Translations under genes and position numbers: made by a program
Notes under the pieces: model-generated
What the model was told of the DNA's origin: nothing
Database searches by the model: none
Seen by the model: the letters and a program-made list of their open reading frames with translations, nothing else
In this document: piece after piece, positions 50,417-60,487 of the stretch
Layout of the letters: every line of letters begins with the position of its first letter
Position numbering within the stretch: the stretch's first letter is position 1
Assembly: GCA_965208835.1 (NCBI GenBank)
Contig: OZ242358.1
Location: forward strand, 288,001 to 352,000
Length of the DNA: 64,000 nt
Direction: 5' to 3'
From: Candidatus Latescibacterota bacterium
GTDB lineage: Bacteria > Latescibacterota > UBA2968 > GCA-2709665

Positions 50417-51778
50417 ATGTTGACACGGCTACGCCTGGAGAATTTCAAATCTTGGGAAAATACAGGTGACATAACGTTTAGGCCTATCACTGGCTTTTTC
50501 GGTACCAATAGTTCTGGTAAGACCAGCCTTTTTCAAGCTCTGTTACTGATGAAACAAACGATAGATTCCCCAGACCCTGGAATTGTGTTGCACTTCGGTG
50601 ATGAGAAAACACTAGTCGACTTAGGCGATTTTGAGAGTGTGGTCCACGAGCATGACACAGACCGAAGTATTAGACTGTCGCTGGGCTGGAACTCAGAGAT
50701 TGATCTGCCATTTCCGGATACGACTAACACTGGGACTCCAACGTCAGGTAACGAAATCGGATTTGATGTTGATCTCGCGGAGGAGAATGTCGGTTCCGGG
50801 AAGTCGCCAATACTCAGAAAAATGGCATATAGTGTCCGTGGAAGGCGGTTTGGTTTGGCGCAAGTACTGGGTAGGAAGGAACACGATTTGTTTGTCAGCG
50901 GTGCCGGCTTGGATAGGTCTCACCGCGTCAGCGATGACGGTCGGTTAGCTCGTTCGATTAAATTTCACGAGTTTAGATATTGGCTTCCTGAGTTTTTCAA
51001 AGACCCGGCTATAATGTATCGTCTCCAATACGCATTGGAGTTGTTCTTAAGGGATCTATTTTATCTTGGACCTCTCCGTGCCTACCCGTCTCGGATCTAT
51101 GCACGGTCTGGAGCACAACCTCGGGACATGGGCCCGGCAGGTGAATTCGCGGTAGACGCAATCCTATCGTCTCGCGAACGTGGCAGGAAGATTAGTCATC
51201 GTCGACGATCTCTAAGTTTCGAGAGATATGTCGCGCAATGGCTTATGCGTCTCGGATTGATATACGACTTTCGCGTAGTGGCATTAACTAAAGGGAGACG
51301 CCTGTTCGAGGTAAGGGTCCGAAAGTCACCCAATTCGGCGGAGGTTCTCCTCACGGACATCGGCTTCGGAGTTTCACAGATACTTCCCGTGTTGGTGCTT
51401 TGCTTCTATGTCCCACGTAAGTCCAAGATCATCTTGGAGCAGCCAGAGATTCACCTGCATCCCTCTGTGCAGGCGGGACTTGCCGATGTATTCGTCGACG
51501 CTTGGAAGCAACGCAATGTGCAAGTATTGTTCGAAAGCCATAGTGAGCATTTACTGCTCAGACTTCAGCGTCGTATCGCCGAGGGAAAAATAAAAAGAGA
51601 TGATGTTAGCCTCTTTTTCTGTTCGATGGACGACCGAGGTGTCTCGACACTCAGCCAACTCGAAGTAGACGATTTCGGGAACATTTCGAATTGGCCGAGG
51701 GATTTCTTTGGTGACCAATTCGGCGAGATTGCTAATATGAATGAGGCTGCGCAGAAGAGGAAGCGAGGTACTGTGTAG
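50417..51778 (+). CDS. AAA_15/AAA_21-type ABC ATPase with DUF3696 C-terminus
   Basis: LENFKSW, GTNSSGKTS, YLGPLR, DIGFGVSQILP, LEQPEIHLHP, ESHSEH, WPRDFF. Confidence 0.88.
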   Translation: MLTRLRLENFKSWENTGDITFRPITGFFGTNSSGKTSLFQALLLMKQTIDSPDPGIVLHFGDEKTLVDLGDFESVVHEHDTDRSIRLSLGWNSEIDLPFPDTTNTGTPTSGNEIGFDVDLAEENVGSGKSPILRKMAYSVRGRRFGLAQVLGRKEHDLFVSGAGLDRSHRVSDDGRLARSIKFHEFRYWLPEFFKDPAIMYRLQYALELFLRDLFYLGPLRAYPSRIYARSGAQPRDMGPAGEFAVDAILSSRERGRKISHRRRSLSFERYVAQWLMRLGLIYDFRVVALTKGRRLFEVRVRKSPNSAEVLLTDIGFGVSQILPVLVLCFYVPRKSKIILEQPEIHLHPSVQAGLADVFVDAWKQRNVQVLFESHSEHLLLRLQRRIAEGKIKRDDVSLFFCSMDDRGVSTLSQLEVDDFGNISNWPRDFFGDQFGEIANMNEAAQKRKRGTV

Positions 51779-51780
51779 GA

Positions 51781-52278
51781 ATGAGCAAGACGGAAATAGT
51801 AATGGATACGAATGTAGCTATCGTTGCAAATGGTGAAGCCGAACAGGCATGCGAAGACTGCATTTGTGCATGTATTGCAAGATTACGCCATATTATGGAT
51901 GAGTGCCGCCTCTTAGTGGACGACAATTACCGGGTCTTTAACGAATATCAGAGACACCTAAGACGCTCTGGACAACCAGGACCCGGCGACGCCTTTTTTA
52001 AATGGCTCTGGCTAAACCAGGCTAATAACGAACATTGCAGGATGGTTCCGGTGACGCCTCATGAAGATGATGATTGTGGATTCGAGGAATTCCCTGATGA
52101 TCCAAATCTAAGCACATTTGACCGATCTGATCGCAAATTTGTCGCAATAGCGTTGGCAAGCGGTACAGAGCCAATGGTTCTAAATGCCACCGATACGGAC
52201 TGGTGGTCGCACCGGCACGTATTAGGAAGACATGGCGTTGGGTTAGTCTTCATCTGTCCAGAACTGATGATCCGCTGA
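51781..52278 (+). CDS. PIN-domain-like protein
   Basis: IVMDTNV, FNEY, DRSDRKFVA, NATDTDW acidic tetrad pattern. Confidence 0.7.
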   Translation: MSKTEIVMDTNVAIVANGEAEQACEDCICACIARLRHIMDECRLLVDDNYRVFNEYQRHLRRSGQPGPGDAFFKWLWLNQANNEHCRMVPVTPHEDDDCGFEEFPDDPNLSTFDRSDRKFVAIALASGTEPMVLNATDTDWWSHRHVLGRHGVGLVFICPELMIR

Positions 52279-52430
52279 AATCGAGATATTTGCTAAAGTT
52301 CATACCTTGGCAGAAGATAATGAAGATTTCTATTCCGCATATGACCAAGGGTGCCACAGTTGTGAAGAGTTGGTCCGGCAGCCGAATTGTAATACAGATG
52401 CACCAAAACTAAGACTCAGAACATTCTCAT

Positions 52431-55400
52431 ATGACCTCAGTCGGCCAAAAGGAAATACGCACACAGCGACAGGTGATCGCCTTCTTCCGGTATGCGCTTG
52501 GATACAACTATCTCGGTGACTGGCAGGATCGCACCGATAACAGCAATATCGAGAAGGGGCTGCTTACCAATTGGTTGAAGCGAAATGGTCACCGCGATAG
52601 GGTAATCAACAAGGTACTGCGTGATCTCGACAAGGCAGGTGCAATCGGCGGCAGTAAGACGCTCTACGATGCAAACCGTGAGGTGTACGGTCTGCTTCGT
52701 TACGGCGTGAAGGTACGACCTGACGTCGGCGAACCGAACGTCACTGTCTGGCTGATCGACTGGGTGAATCCGGCAAATAACGACTTCGCGATCGCCGAGG
52801 AAGTTACGGTGTCAGATACAAACACCAAGCGACCGGACATCGTACTGTACGTTAACGGACTCGCGCTTGGGGTGCTGGAATTGAAGCGCTCGACGGTATC
52901 GGTTGCGGAAGGTATCCGGCAGAACCTCGACAACCAGAAGAAGGAGTTCATCCGGCCGTTTTTTGCCACGGTGCAACTCGTGATGGCTGGAAATGATTCC
53001 GAAGGGTTGCGCTACGGCGTGATCGAGACACCCGAGAAATACTGGCTGCGCTGGAAAGAAACGAACGGCATCCCGGCTGCTGGCGACAATCCTTTACTGC
53101 GCGAGTTGAGCCAGCTCTGCAGCAAAGAGCGATTACTTGAAATCGTACACGACTTCGTCGTCTTTGACGCAGGCGTAAAGAAGATTTGTCGCCACAACCA
53201 ATACTTCGGTGTTCGTGCGGCCCAGGAGCGAGTGAAAAGCCGGGAGGGCGGCATCATCTGGCACACGCAAGGCAGCGGCAAGAGCCTGACGATGGTCTGG
53301 CTGGCGAAATGGATTCGCGAGAACGTCACCGACTCAAGAGTCCTTCTCATCACGGATCGTACCGAGTTGGATGAGCAAATTGAGGCTGTCTTTAAGGGTG
53401 TCAGCGAGGACATCTACCGCACGAAGAGTGGCGCTGATCTCGTGCAGGTGCTAAATAGACCTGACGAATGGCTGATCGGCTCCCTTATCCACAAGTTCGG
53501 TGCAACCGAGGACATCAGCGAAAGAGAAATCGAGGACTATGTCGAGGAGATCAAGAAGAATCTACCCGGTGGGTTCCGTGCCAAGGGCGAGATTTTCGTT
53601 TTCGTGGACGAATGTCACCGCACCCAGTCCGGGAAACTACACGAGGCAATGAAGGCAATATTGCCGGGCGCGATGCTGGTCGGCTTTACCGGCACGCCGT
53701 TACTTAAATCAGACAAACGCCGAAGTATCGAGACCTTTGGTACCTACATCCACACCTACAAGTACGATGAAGCAGTTCGCGACGGCGTGGTACTGGACTT
53801 ACGTTACGAGGCTCGTGACATCGATCAGAATACCACCTCCCAGGAGAAGATAGACCAGTGGTTCGAAGTCAAGACGCAGGGACTGAACGATGTGGCGAAG
53901 GCACAACTGAAGCAGCGCTGGGGCACGATGCGGAAAGTGTTAAGCTCACGGGATCGCCTGGAGAAGATCGTCGCCGACATTCAGATGGACATGGAGATAA
54001 ACGACCGACTCAAGAGCGGTCATGGCAATGCCCTTCTGATTTCTGGCAGCATCGACTCCGCCTGCCGCTTCTTTGAGATGTTTCAGCAGACAGATCTGGC
54101 GGGAAAATGCGCCATCGTCACGTCCTACAAACCGGCGCCAGGAGACATCAAAGGTGAGGAGACCGGCGAAGGACTAACGGAAAAGCTGCGGCGATACAGT
54201 ATCTATCGAAAGATGCTTGCCGCGCACTTCGACGAGCCGGAAGACACCGCAATGAACAAGGTTGAACGGTTTGAACTCGAGGTAAAGAAGCGATTCGTCA
54301 AGGAACCGGGCCAGATGAAGCTGCTGATCGTGGTAGATAAGCTGCTGACCGGTTTCGATGCGCCATCTGCGACATATCTCTACATTGACAAACACATGCA
54401 GGACCACGGGCTTTTCCAGGCGATCTGCCGAGTCAATCGCCTCGACGGCGACGACAAAGAATACGGATACATCGTCGACTACAAGGACCTGTTCCGCTCG
54501 CTGGAGCAGTCAATTCAGGATTATACCGGAGGAGCCTTCGGCGGGTACGACCAAGCCGATGTGAAGGGGTTGCTCAAAGATAGACTCACGAAAGGTCGGG
54601 AACGGCTCGAGGAAACGCGAGAAGCGATCCGGGCGCTGTGCGAACCTGTCGCGCCGCCACGCGACTCTGCGTCATACCGGCGTTTCTTCTGCGGGATCGA
54701 AAGTGGCGATATAGAGGAACTCAAGGAAAACGAGCCGCGGCGTATAGCCCTTTATAAGCGGACTGCGGCGCTTTTGCGAGCTTACGCAAACCTGGCCAAT
54801 GAAATGCAAGAGGCAGGTTATAGTGAAGCCGAAACGCAGCAGATCAGGATAGAGGTTGATCACTACGAAAATGTCCGAAAGGAGGTCAAACTCGCGAGTG
54901 GCGACTACATCGACCTGAAGATGTATGAGCCCGCTATGCGCCACCTCCTCGACACATACATCCGCGCTGAGGATAGCGAAAAGCTCTCGACATTTGACGA
55001 CCTAACACTTGTGCAACTGATTGTCAAGCAAGGTGAAAACGCATTGAATACGTTACCTGAGAGTATCCGCAGCGATCCCGAAGCGGCGGCCGAGACGATA
55101 GAAAATAACATGCGTCGTCTGATCATCGACGAGACGCCCGTTAACCCGAAATATTACGGCAGGATGTCTGAGCTGCTGGACGCTCTGATCCTCCAGCGGA
55201 AGCAGGAACGTCTAGACTACAAGATGTACCTGGCAAGAATTGTTGAATTGGCCGGAAAAGTGACCAACCCTGAAACCGAGACGTCGTATCCATCGGAAAT
55301 TGACAGCAACACACTCAGGACACTATTCGACAACCTACAGGGCGCTACAGTTGGACAGGATAGACCGTATGCCGATTCGGCCATAGAACGTTCCAAGGAT

Positions 55401-55580
55401 GAACTGATCGAAAAGGCGGTCGCGGTCGATCACGCCATCCGAAGTGTAAAGAAAGCCGACTGGCGAGGAAACAAGTTTAAGGAACGGGAGGTCCGCAATG
55501 CTATCAAGTCTCAACTTGGTGACAACGACGACCTCGTATACCAGATATTCGAGATTGTAAAGGCACAGAGTGAATACTAA
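52431..55580 (+). CDS. hsdR: Type I restriction endonuclease subunit R
   Basis: RPDIVLYVNG..LGVLELK nuclease, HTQGSGKS, DECHR, FTGTP, LLTGFDAP, QAICRVNR. Confidence 0.95.
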   Translation: MTSVGQKEIRTQRQVIAFFRYALGYNYLGDWQDRTDNSNIEKGLLTNWLKRNGHRDRVINKVLRDLDKAGAIGGSKTLYDANREVYGLLRYGVKVRPDVGEPNVTVWLIDWVNPANNDFAIAEEVTVSDTNTKRPDIVLYVNGLALGVLELKRSTVSVAEGIRQNLDNQKKEFIRPFFATVQLVMAGNDSEGLRYGVIETPEKYWLRWKETNGIPAAGDNPLLRELSQLCSKERLLEIVHDFVVFDAGVKKICRHNQYFGVRAAQERVKSREGGIIWHTQGSGKSLTMVWLAKWIRENVTDSRVLLITDRTELDEQIEAVFKGVSEDIYRTKSGADLVQVLNRPDEWLIGSLIHKFGATEDISEREIEDYVEEIKKNLPGGFRAKGEIFVFVDECHRTQSGKLHEAMKAILPGAMLVGFTGTPLLKSDKRRSIETFGTYIHTYKYDEAVRDGVVLDLRYEARDIDQNTTSQEKIDQWFEVKTQGLNDVAKAQLKQRWGTMRKVLSSRDRLEKIVADIQMDMEINDRLKSGHGNALLISGSIDSACRFFEMFQQTDLAGKCAIVTSYKPAPGDIKGEETGEGLTEKLRRYSIYRKMLAAHFDEPEDTAMNKVERFELEVKKRFVKEPGQMKLLIVVDKLLTGFDAPSATYLYIDKHMQDHGLFQAICRVNRLDGDDKEYGYIVDYKDLFRSLEQSIQDYTGGAFGGYDQADVKGLLKDRLTKGRERLEETREAIRALCEPVAPPRDSASYRRFFCGIESGDIEELKENEPRRIALYKRTAALLRAYANLANEMQEAGYSEAETQQIRIEVDHYENVRKEVKLASGDYIDLKMYEPAMRHLLDTYIRAEDSEKLSTFDDLTLVQLIVKQGENALNTLPESIRSDPEAAAETIENNMRRLIIDETPVNPKYYGRMSELLDALILQRKQERLDYKMYLARIVELAGKVTNPETETSYPSEIDSNTLRTLFDNLQGATVGQDRPYADSAIERSKDELIEKAVAVDHAIRSVKKADWRGNKFKEREVRNAIKSQLGDNDDLVYQIFEIVKAQSEY

Positions 55581-56304
55581 GCCGAAATCCTATACCATTG
55601 AGATACGTGGGACTGTGGTAGACGTCGTCCTCAAGGACATCAAGAACCTTCATATCGGGGTTTACCCGCCGAACGGCAGGGTGAGGGTGGCAGCTCCGCT
55701 CAGTCTCGGTGATGACGCGGTGCGCCTGGCAGTCATTTCTCGCCTCGGTTGGATTGGCCGCCAAAAGGAGAGATTCAAACGGCAGGATCGGCAATCCCAG
55801 CGAGAATTCGTGACAGGTGAAAGCCATTATTTCGAGGGCCGACGCTACCGGCTCGATGTAACGGAACAGAGCAGTCCACCTTCGGTTCGTCTACTCAATA
55901 ATTCTACCCTAGCGTTGTGCGTTCGACCGGGATCCGACCGGCATATTAGAGAGGCCTTGCTGGATCGATGGTACCGACGCAATCTTCGTGATCGCCTTCC
56001 AGGAATTATTGCAAAGTGGGAGCCCGAAATGGGCGTGCAGGTCAATGAAGCCCGCATACGAAAGATGAAGACCCGATGGGGAACCTGCAACCCCGCTGCT
56101 CGCCGAATTTGGTTGAATCTCGAACTTGCAAAGAAGCCTTCGGCCTGCATTGAATACGTCGTCGTGCACGAGATGGTCCACCTGATTGAGCGTCATCACA
56201 ACGATCGTTTTCGGAAGATGATGGACAAATTCATGCCACTCTGGCGTTTCCATCAGGATGAACTCAACCGTGCGCCGCTCGCGCATGCAGACTGGCGCTA
56301 CTAA
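55570..56304 (+). CDS. M48/SprT-like metallopeptidase (YgjP/DUF45), R-M associated
   Basis: MKTRWGTC, YVVVHEMVHL.ERHHNDRF (HExxH). Confidence 0.9.
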   Translation: MNTKPKSYTIEIRGTVVDVVLKDIKNLHIGVYPPNGRVRVAAPLSLGDDAVRLAVISRLGWIGRQKERFKRQDRQSQREFVTGESHYFEGRRYRLDVTEQSSPPSVRLLNNSTLALCVRPGSDRHIREALLDRWYRRNLRDRLPGIIAKWEPEMGVQVNEARIRKMKTRWGTCNPAARRIWLNLELAKKPSACIEYVVVHEMVHLIERHHNDRFRKMMDKFMPLWRFHQDELNRAPLAHADWRY

Positions 56305-56642
56305 GTTGGACTTTAGGCTCAGTACCCTTCCTCCCGTGTCCCCCACGTACCGTGTGGCCCCATTTCGGAAATGACGCCTCGCAGGGTTGCGATTGGAAAT
56401 AATTCCTTTAAATTTTCTATAGGGCATTTTTGTTGATAGAATCTGTATCTTTGTCATTGGCTTCAGTGACATATTTGTTCTCCCGGGTACTGCAGCGCGG
56501 GGTTCTTTTAGTTCCAGTTACCCAGGAAGTCCACTCGCGACCTTCTATCTTGAGGCGTCGCGGACGGGCGCTGTCCCGAGACCTCTGAGATTAGTCTGTG
56601 AATTCCGTGCGCGTTAAACGTTAGCAGGGAGGACTGATCGTC

Positions 56643-56990
56643 ATGGATCTGGACATCAGTTGGGAGCGGAAGGACGGGGTCCTGATCGCTGTGGTCGCGG
56701 GTCGTATCGATGGCAACAATGCCGATGTTCTCCAGGATACTCTGGAGTTTGGAATCGGTCCGGAAGATCGTGCTTTGATTCTGGATTTCGAGCGGGTCAC
56801 TTTCATCAGCAGCGCGGGCCTTCGCGTTGGTGTGATCATCGCCTGGAAATTCAAGGATCCCGGAAAGCAATTCGGTGTCTGCACCCTCGCCGATCCTGTC
56901 CGTGACGTTATCACAGTCAGCGGTTTCGATCAGATTATCGACATCTTCGAGTCGCAGGCGGAGGCTATAGAAACGTTCAGTTGCAATTGA
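56643..56990 (+). CDS. STAS domain anti-sigma factor antagonist
   Basis: GRID, LILDFERVTFISSAGLR with the phosphorylatable Ser. Confidence 0.9.
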   Translation: MDLDISWERKDGVLIAVVAGRIDGNNADVLQDTLEFGIGPEDRALILDFERVTFISSAGLRVGVIIAWKFKDPGKQFGVCTLADPVRDVITVSGFDQIIDIFESQAEAIETFSCN

Positions 56991-57059
56991 GTTCTAACCC
57001 GCCTGCATTCCATTCACCTGTGAAACGGAAGACCTACCTAACCGAATCGGAGTACCGAG

Positions 57060-57332
57060 ATGAACAGCAATGAAGAAAAAATCGGATCGATGCAGAGCGC
57101 GGTGGATATGGAGATCGTTGGGGACAACATTTCGGACATCGCTGAATTCACGGTTGAAAAATACGAATTCAGGATTGACAGCACCCTCTCACCGGAGGCG
57201 CGCGAGAAAGCGGTCGCCGCTATTGAGGAAGCTCTGTGGAAGCGGGTTGCGGAGTTGAATTTGTTGCGCAAGCAGTATCTGGCAGGGTTGTTCAGTTTGG
57301 CCGACGAGACGCTGGGCGAGATTGTCGATTAG
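57060..57332 (+). CDS. Hypothetical protein (90 aa)
   Basis: ORF with GGAG RBS; acidic, helical-looking; no family recognised. Confidence 0.6.
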   Translation: MNSNEEKIGSMQSAVDMEIVGDNISDIAEFTVEKYEFRIDSTLSPEAREKAVAAIEEALWKRVAELNLLRKQYLAGLFSLADETLGEIVD

Positions 57333-57840
57333 CGGCAACAACGCTTGTTTTGCTCATGTCAGACTGTATCTGAAGCGTTCGGTGAGTCTTGATTTAACCT
57401 CATTCGGAAAAAACAGTAACGCGGCGACGCGATCAAATCCTCCGAAACGGGGTGTTATCGACGTATGGAGTGTCGTTTTTTCCTTTCACGTCCAGTGACC
57501 TGGTGTATCCTGGTAATCCGCCGTATAATCGCCTTTATTTACAAGCACATATTTGAATTAACGTCCCCGAAGACTTACGAATCAAGGTTAACCTCAGCCG
57601 GCAAGATCATGCGGGATATGTGTCAGGGAGGATGAATTCGGAGGTCGGAACCATCGGTTTTTGAATCAAGAGAAGCCCTTTTTAACTTCCGATTTACGGG
57701 CAGCACGCGAGTACTCGAGCGGTGTACGCGCGTGCGACCCGCAAAGGATTTTAAAAGGGCTTTTTCGTTTTGTATCTTGATGTACTGCCGGGCTACAGAA
57801 TCACCTGACTCATCAGAAGACGGAACTGGAGGCGCATCAG

Positions 57841-59583
57841 ATGCCAGCCCCTGAAGGCGAGAGAATCCGCTACGAACGCGACGAGAGATGTCCCTGGCCA
57901 TTGGCATTCAGCGTGGGCATTCAGGGTCTCGTGATCGTACTGGCGCCGACGGTGTTGATTGTGGCCATCACGGTTCTTGCCGCCGGCCAGGATCAACGCT
58001 TCATGTCGTGGGCCGTGTTCGCAGCACTCATCCTTACGGGAGTTGCCACCGCTTTGCAGGCAGCCAGAATCGGCAGGGTGGGCGGCGGCCATCTTCTCAT
58101 CACGGGCGTAACTCCTAACTTCATCGCCGTCTCGATCCTGGCGCTGGAGGAGGGCGGTCCCGCATTGCTGGCGGGTCTCATGGTCGTCTCCTCGTTTTTC
58201 TACGTCGCAGTGGGAGCCTGGCTGCCGATGCTGCGCCGTATCATAACGCCGGTAGTCTCAGGTACCGTGCAGATGCTTATCGCGGCCATGGTCCTGCCTT
58301 TCGCCCTCGATCGGCTGAAAGACGTACCGGAGGGCGCATCCGGGGCGGCGGGTCCATGTGTGGCGGCGGTGACCCTGGTCGTTTCGACAATGCTGGTTTT
58401 GCGCGCTCCCAGATCCTGGCGGCCGTGGTCTCTTCTTGCGGGAATCGCCGCCGGCTGTGCGGCCGCCGCGCCGTTCGGGCTTTACGATTTCGCGCAATTG
58501 AGCGGTTCATCGTGGGTTGGAATCCCGTATAGCGAATTTCCGGTATTCAACCTGACGTTCAACGCAGGTTTCTGGGCATTGCTGCCCATGTTTCTCATTG
58601 TGACCCTGGTACAAGCCATCAAGGGCATCAGCGACGGTGTGGTGGCGCAACGTGTGGCGCTGAACAAGCCCCGGGCGACCGATTTCCGATTGATCCAGGG
58701 GTCGCTCTATGCCAACGGCGCGGGCATCCTGATGTCCGGAATCGCCGGAACGCCGCCCACGAGCACCTACTCATCGTTCACGACGTCACTCATCAATCTC
58801 ACGGGAGTGTCCGCCCGCAACGTTGGATATGCAATGGGCGGCCTTCTGGTGATCCTGGCTTTCTTTCCCAAGGTAACGGGTGTCCTGCTCACAATTCCCG
58901 GGCCGGTTATGGGAGGCTTTCTTCTGTTCGCCCTCGGCATGTTTTTCGTCGAAGGAATACAGACCCTGTCGCGTGCCGGCCTGGACCTGCAGCACGCCAT
59001 CGTGGCGGGGCTGGCGTTCTCCATCGGACTCGGTATGCAGCACCGGAATATCCTTGAGGACCTCCTGGGAAGTCCCTGGGGCGCATTGCTCGGCAACGGG
59101 ATGACCATCGGCACGGCGACGGCGATCGGGCTGACAGCGTTCCTTGAACTGACCAGTCCGCGCCGCCGGCGCCTGGAGGGCCGGCTGGATATATCCGAAC
59201 TTCCCCGTATCGACGCGTTTCTTAGAGAGATTGCAGACGGGATGGGCTGGGACGCCGCCGCGACCGGGCGGTTGCGCTCCGCGGGCGAGGAGACGCTGGC
59301 GAGTCTGCTGGAGCCGGAAAACGAGAATTCTACGGACCGTGTGCCGCGCCTGATCGTCGGTGCCCGCAAAGAGGGTGAAGCCGTGGAACTGGAATTCGTA
59401 GCGGTTTCTGACGAAGAAAACCTGGAAGATCGTCTCACTTTTCTCGACGAACAGGCGGAGACACCTGACGAAGGCGAGATATCGTTTCGCATACTGCGGC
59501 ATTACGCATCGTCGGTCCGGCACCAGAAGTACCACGACATGGACATTGTTACCGTGCGGGTGACCCGGAAGGCAGGTTCTTGA
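57841..59583 (+). CDS. NCS2 xanthine/uracil-type permease fused to a degenerate HATPase_c (RsbW-like) domain
   Basis: About 430 aa multi-TM with TGVATALQ..RIGRVGGG and IPGPVMGG; soluble C-terminus LPRIDAFL...RLRSAGEETLASL...EISFRILRHY. Confidence 0.75.
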   Translation: MPAPEGERIRYERDERCPWPLAFSVGIQGLVIVLAPTVLIVAITVLAAGQDQRFMSWAVFAALILTGVATALQAARIGRVGGGHLLITGVTPNFIAVSILALEEGGPALLAGLMVVSSFFYVAVGAWLPMLRRIITPVVSGTVQMLIAAMVLPFALDRLKDVPEGASGAAGPCVAAVTLVVSTMLVLRAPRSWRPWSLLAGIAAGCAAAAPFGLYDFAQLSGSSWVGIPYSEFPVFNLTFNAGFWALLPMFLIVTLVQAIKGISDGVVAQRVALNKPRATDFRLIQGSLYANGAGILMSGIAGTPPTSTYSSFTTSLINLTGVSARNVGYAMGGLLVILAFFPKVTGVLLTIPGPVMGGFLLFALGMFFVEGIQTLSRAGLDLQHAIVAGLAFSIGLGMQHRNILEDLLGSPWGALLGNGMTIGTATAIGLTAFLELTSPRRRRLEGRLDISELPRIDAFLREIADGMGWDAAATGRLRSAGEETLASLLEPENENSTDRVPRLIVGARKEGEAVELEFVAVSDEENLEDRLTFLDEQAETPDEGEISFRILRHYASSVRHQKYHDMDIVTVRVTRKAGS

Positions 59584-59607
59584 AGAAGTGAATCGGCGTC
59601 CGCATGG

Positions 59608-60462
59608 TCAGGAATTCCCGGGACGGGACACCAGTTGCGCCCGGTATTCCTCGACCAAAGCGGCGGCTCCCGCGCGGATGAACCCCAATTCCGATGTTGC
59701 TTCGTAAAACGCAGCTCCCCTGCGGGCCCAGTCGCCCGCGGCGGCGGCGCTCCACGGCATGGTGCCGAAGGCCACACCGTGCTTTTTGCAGCGTTTCAGT
59801 ACGTCTTCCATCGGACCACGCACCTCGGGGTGATCGAAATCGCCCGGGTGTCCGAATTCGATGGAGGTGTCCCCCGGCCCCACGAAACACATGTCGACCC
59901 CTGGCAGGCTCAGAATCTCCTCGGCGTTCCGATAACCCCTGACCGTTTCCAGGTGGACCACCAGTGTGGTTTCCTGGTCCTGTTCGTCCATCCATCCCCG
60001 CCAGTCCGCAACCTCCCTGTAGTCGCTGTTTCCCCAGCCCGGCGCCACGGCGCGGGTCCCCGTCGGGGGAAATTTAAGGTAGCTGAGCAATCGCTCGACC
60101 TGTTCCCTGGTTTCCGTACGGGGCAGCTGGATTCCCACCACGCCGGCTTCCAGCAGCTTTGAGACTTCCTGGCGTTCCAGCTGGGGCGTCTTGGCGATGA
60201 CGGGCATGCCGTTGTCGCGGGCCGAGAGAATGGTGTCGGCCAGGTCCTGCAAGTCGAAGAGGCTGTGCTCGTACTCGATGTAGAGGAAATCGAACCCGGC
60301 GTGCCGGAACAGCTTGACGAGCGACGGATGGGCGTACGCCTCCAGCGTCGCCCCGATCAACACGTCGCCTCTGTTCAGCCGGGCCTTGAGGTGGCGTCCC
60401 GGACCTCCTTCCGGGTACCACGGATTGTCTATTCCCTTACTGCTGTCTGAGAGCGGCGGCAT
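59608..60462 (-). CDS. HpcH/HpaI aldolase family protein
   Basis: GFDFLYIEYEH, KFPPTGTRA, HLET, FVGPGD. Confidence 0.88.
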   Translation of the reverse strand: MPPLSDSSKGIDNPWYPEGGPGRHLKARLNRGDVLIGATLEAYAHPSLVKLFRHAGFDFLYIEYEHSLFDLQDLADTILSARDNGMPVIAKTPQLERQEVSKLLEAGVVGIQLPRTETREQVERLLSYLKFPPTGTRAVAPGWGNSDYREVADWRGWMDEQDQETTLVVHLETVRGYRNAEEILSLPGVDMCFVGPGDTSIEFGHPGDFDHPEVRGPMEDVLKRCKKHGVAFGTMPWSAAAAGDWARRGAAFYEATSELGFIRAGAAALVEEYRAQLVSRPGNS

Positions 60463-60487
60463 TAAGGTCTCCTATTTTCAAGTCCGC

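Noticed and set aside
52307-52519. 70-aa ORF before hsdR, and the 80-aa ORF at 50137-50379
   Set aside because: Both overlap real genes out of frame, with weak starts and no motifs; possible relics but unsupported
36790-56640. Prophage, ICE or tRNA-integrated island boundaries
   Set aside because: No integrase, tRNA or flanking direct repeats were seen by eye
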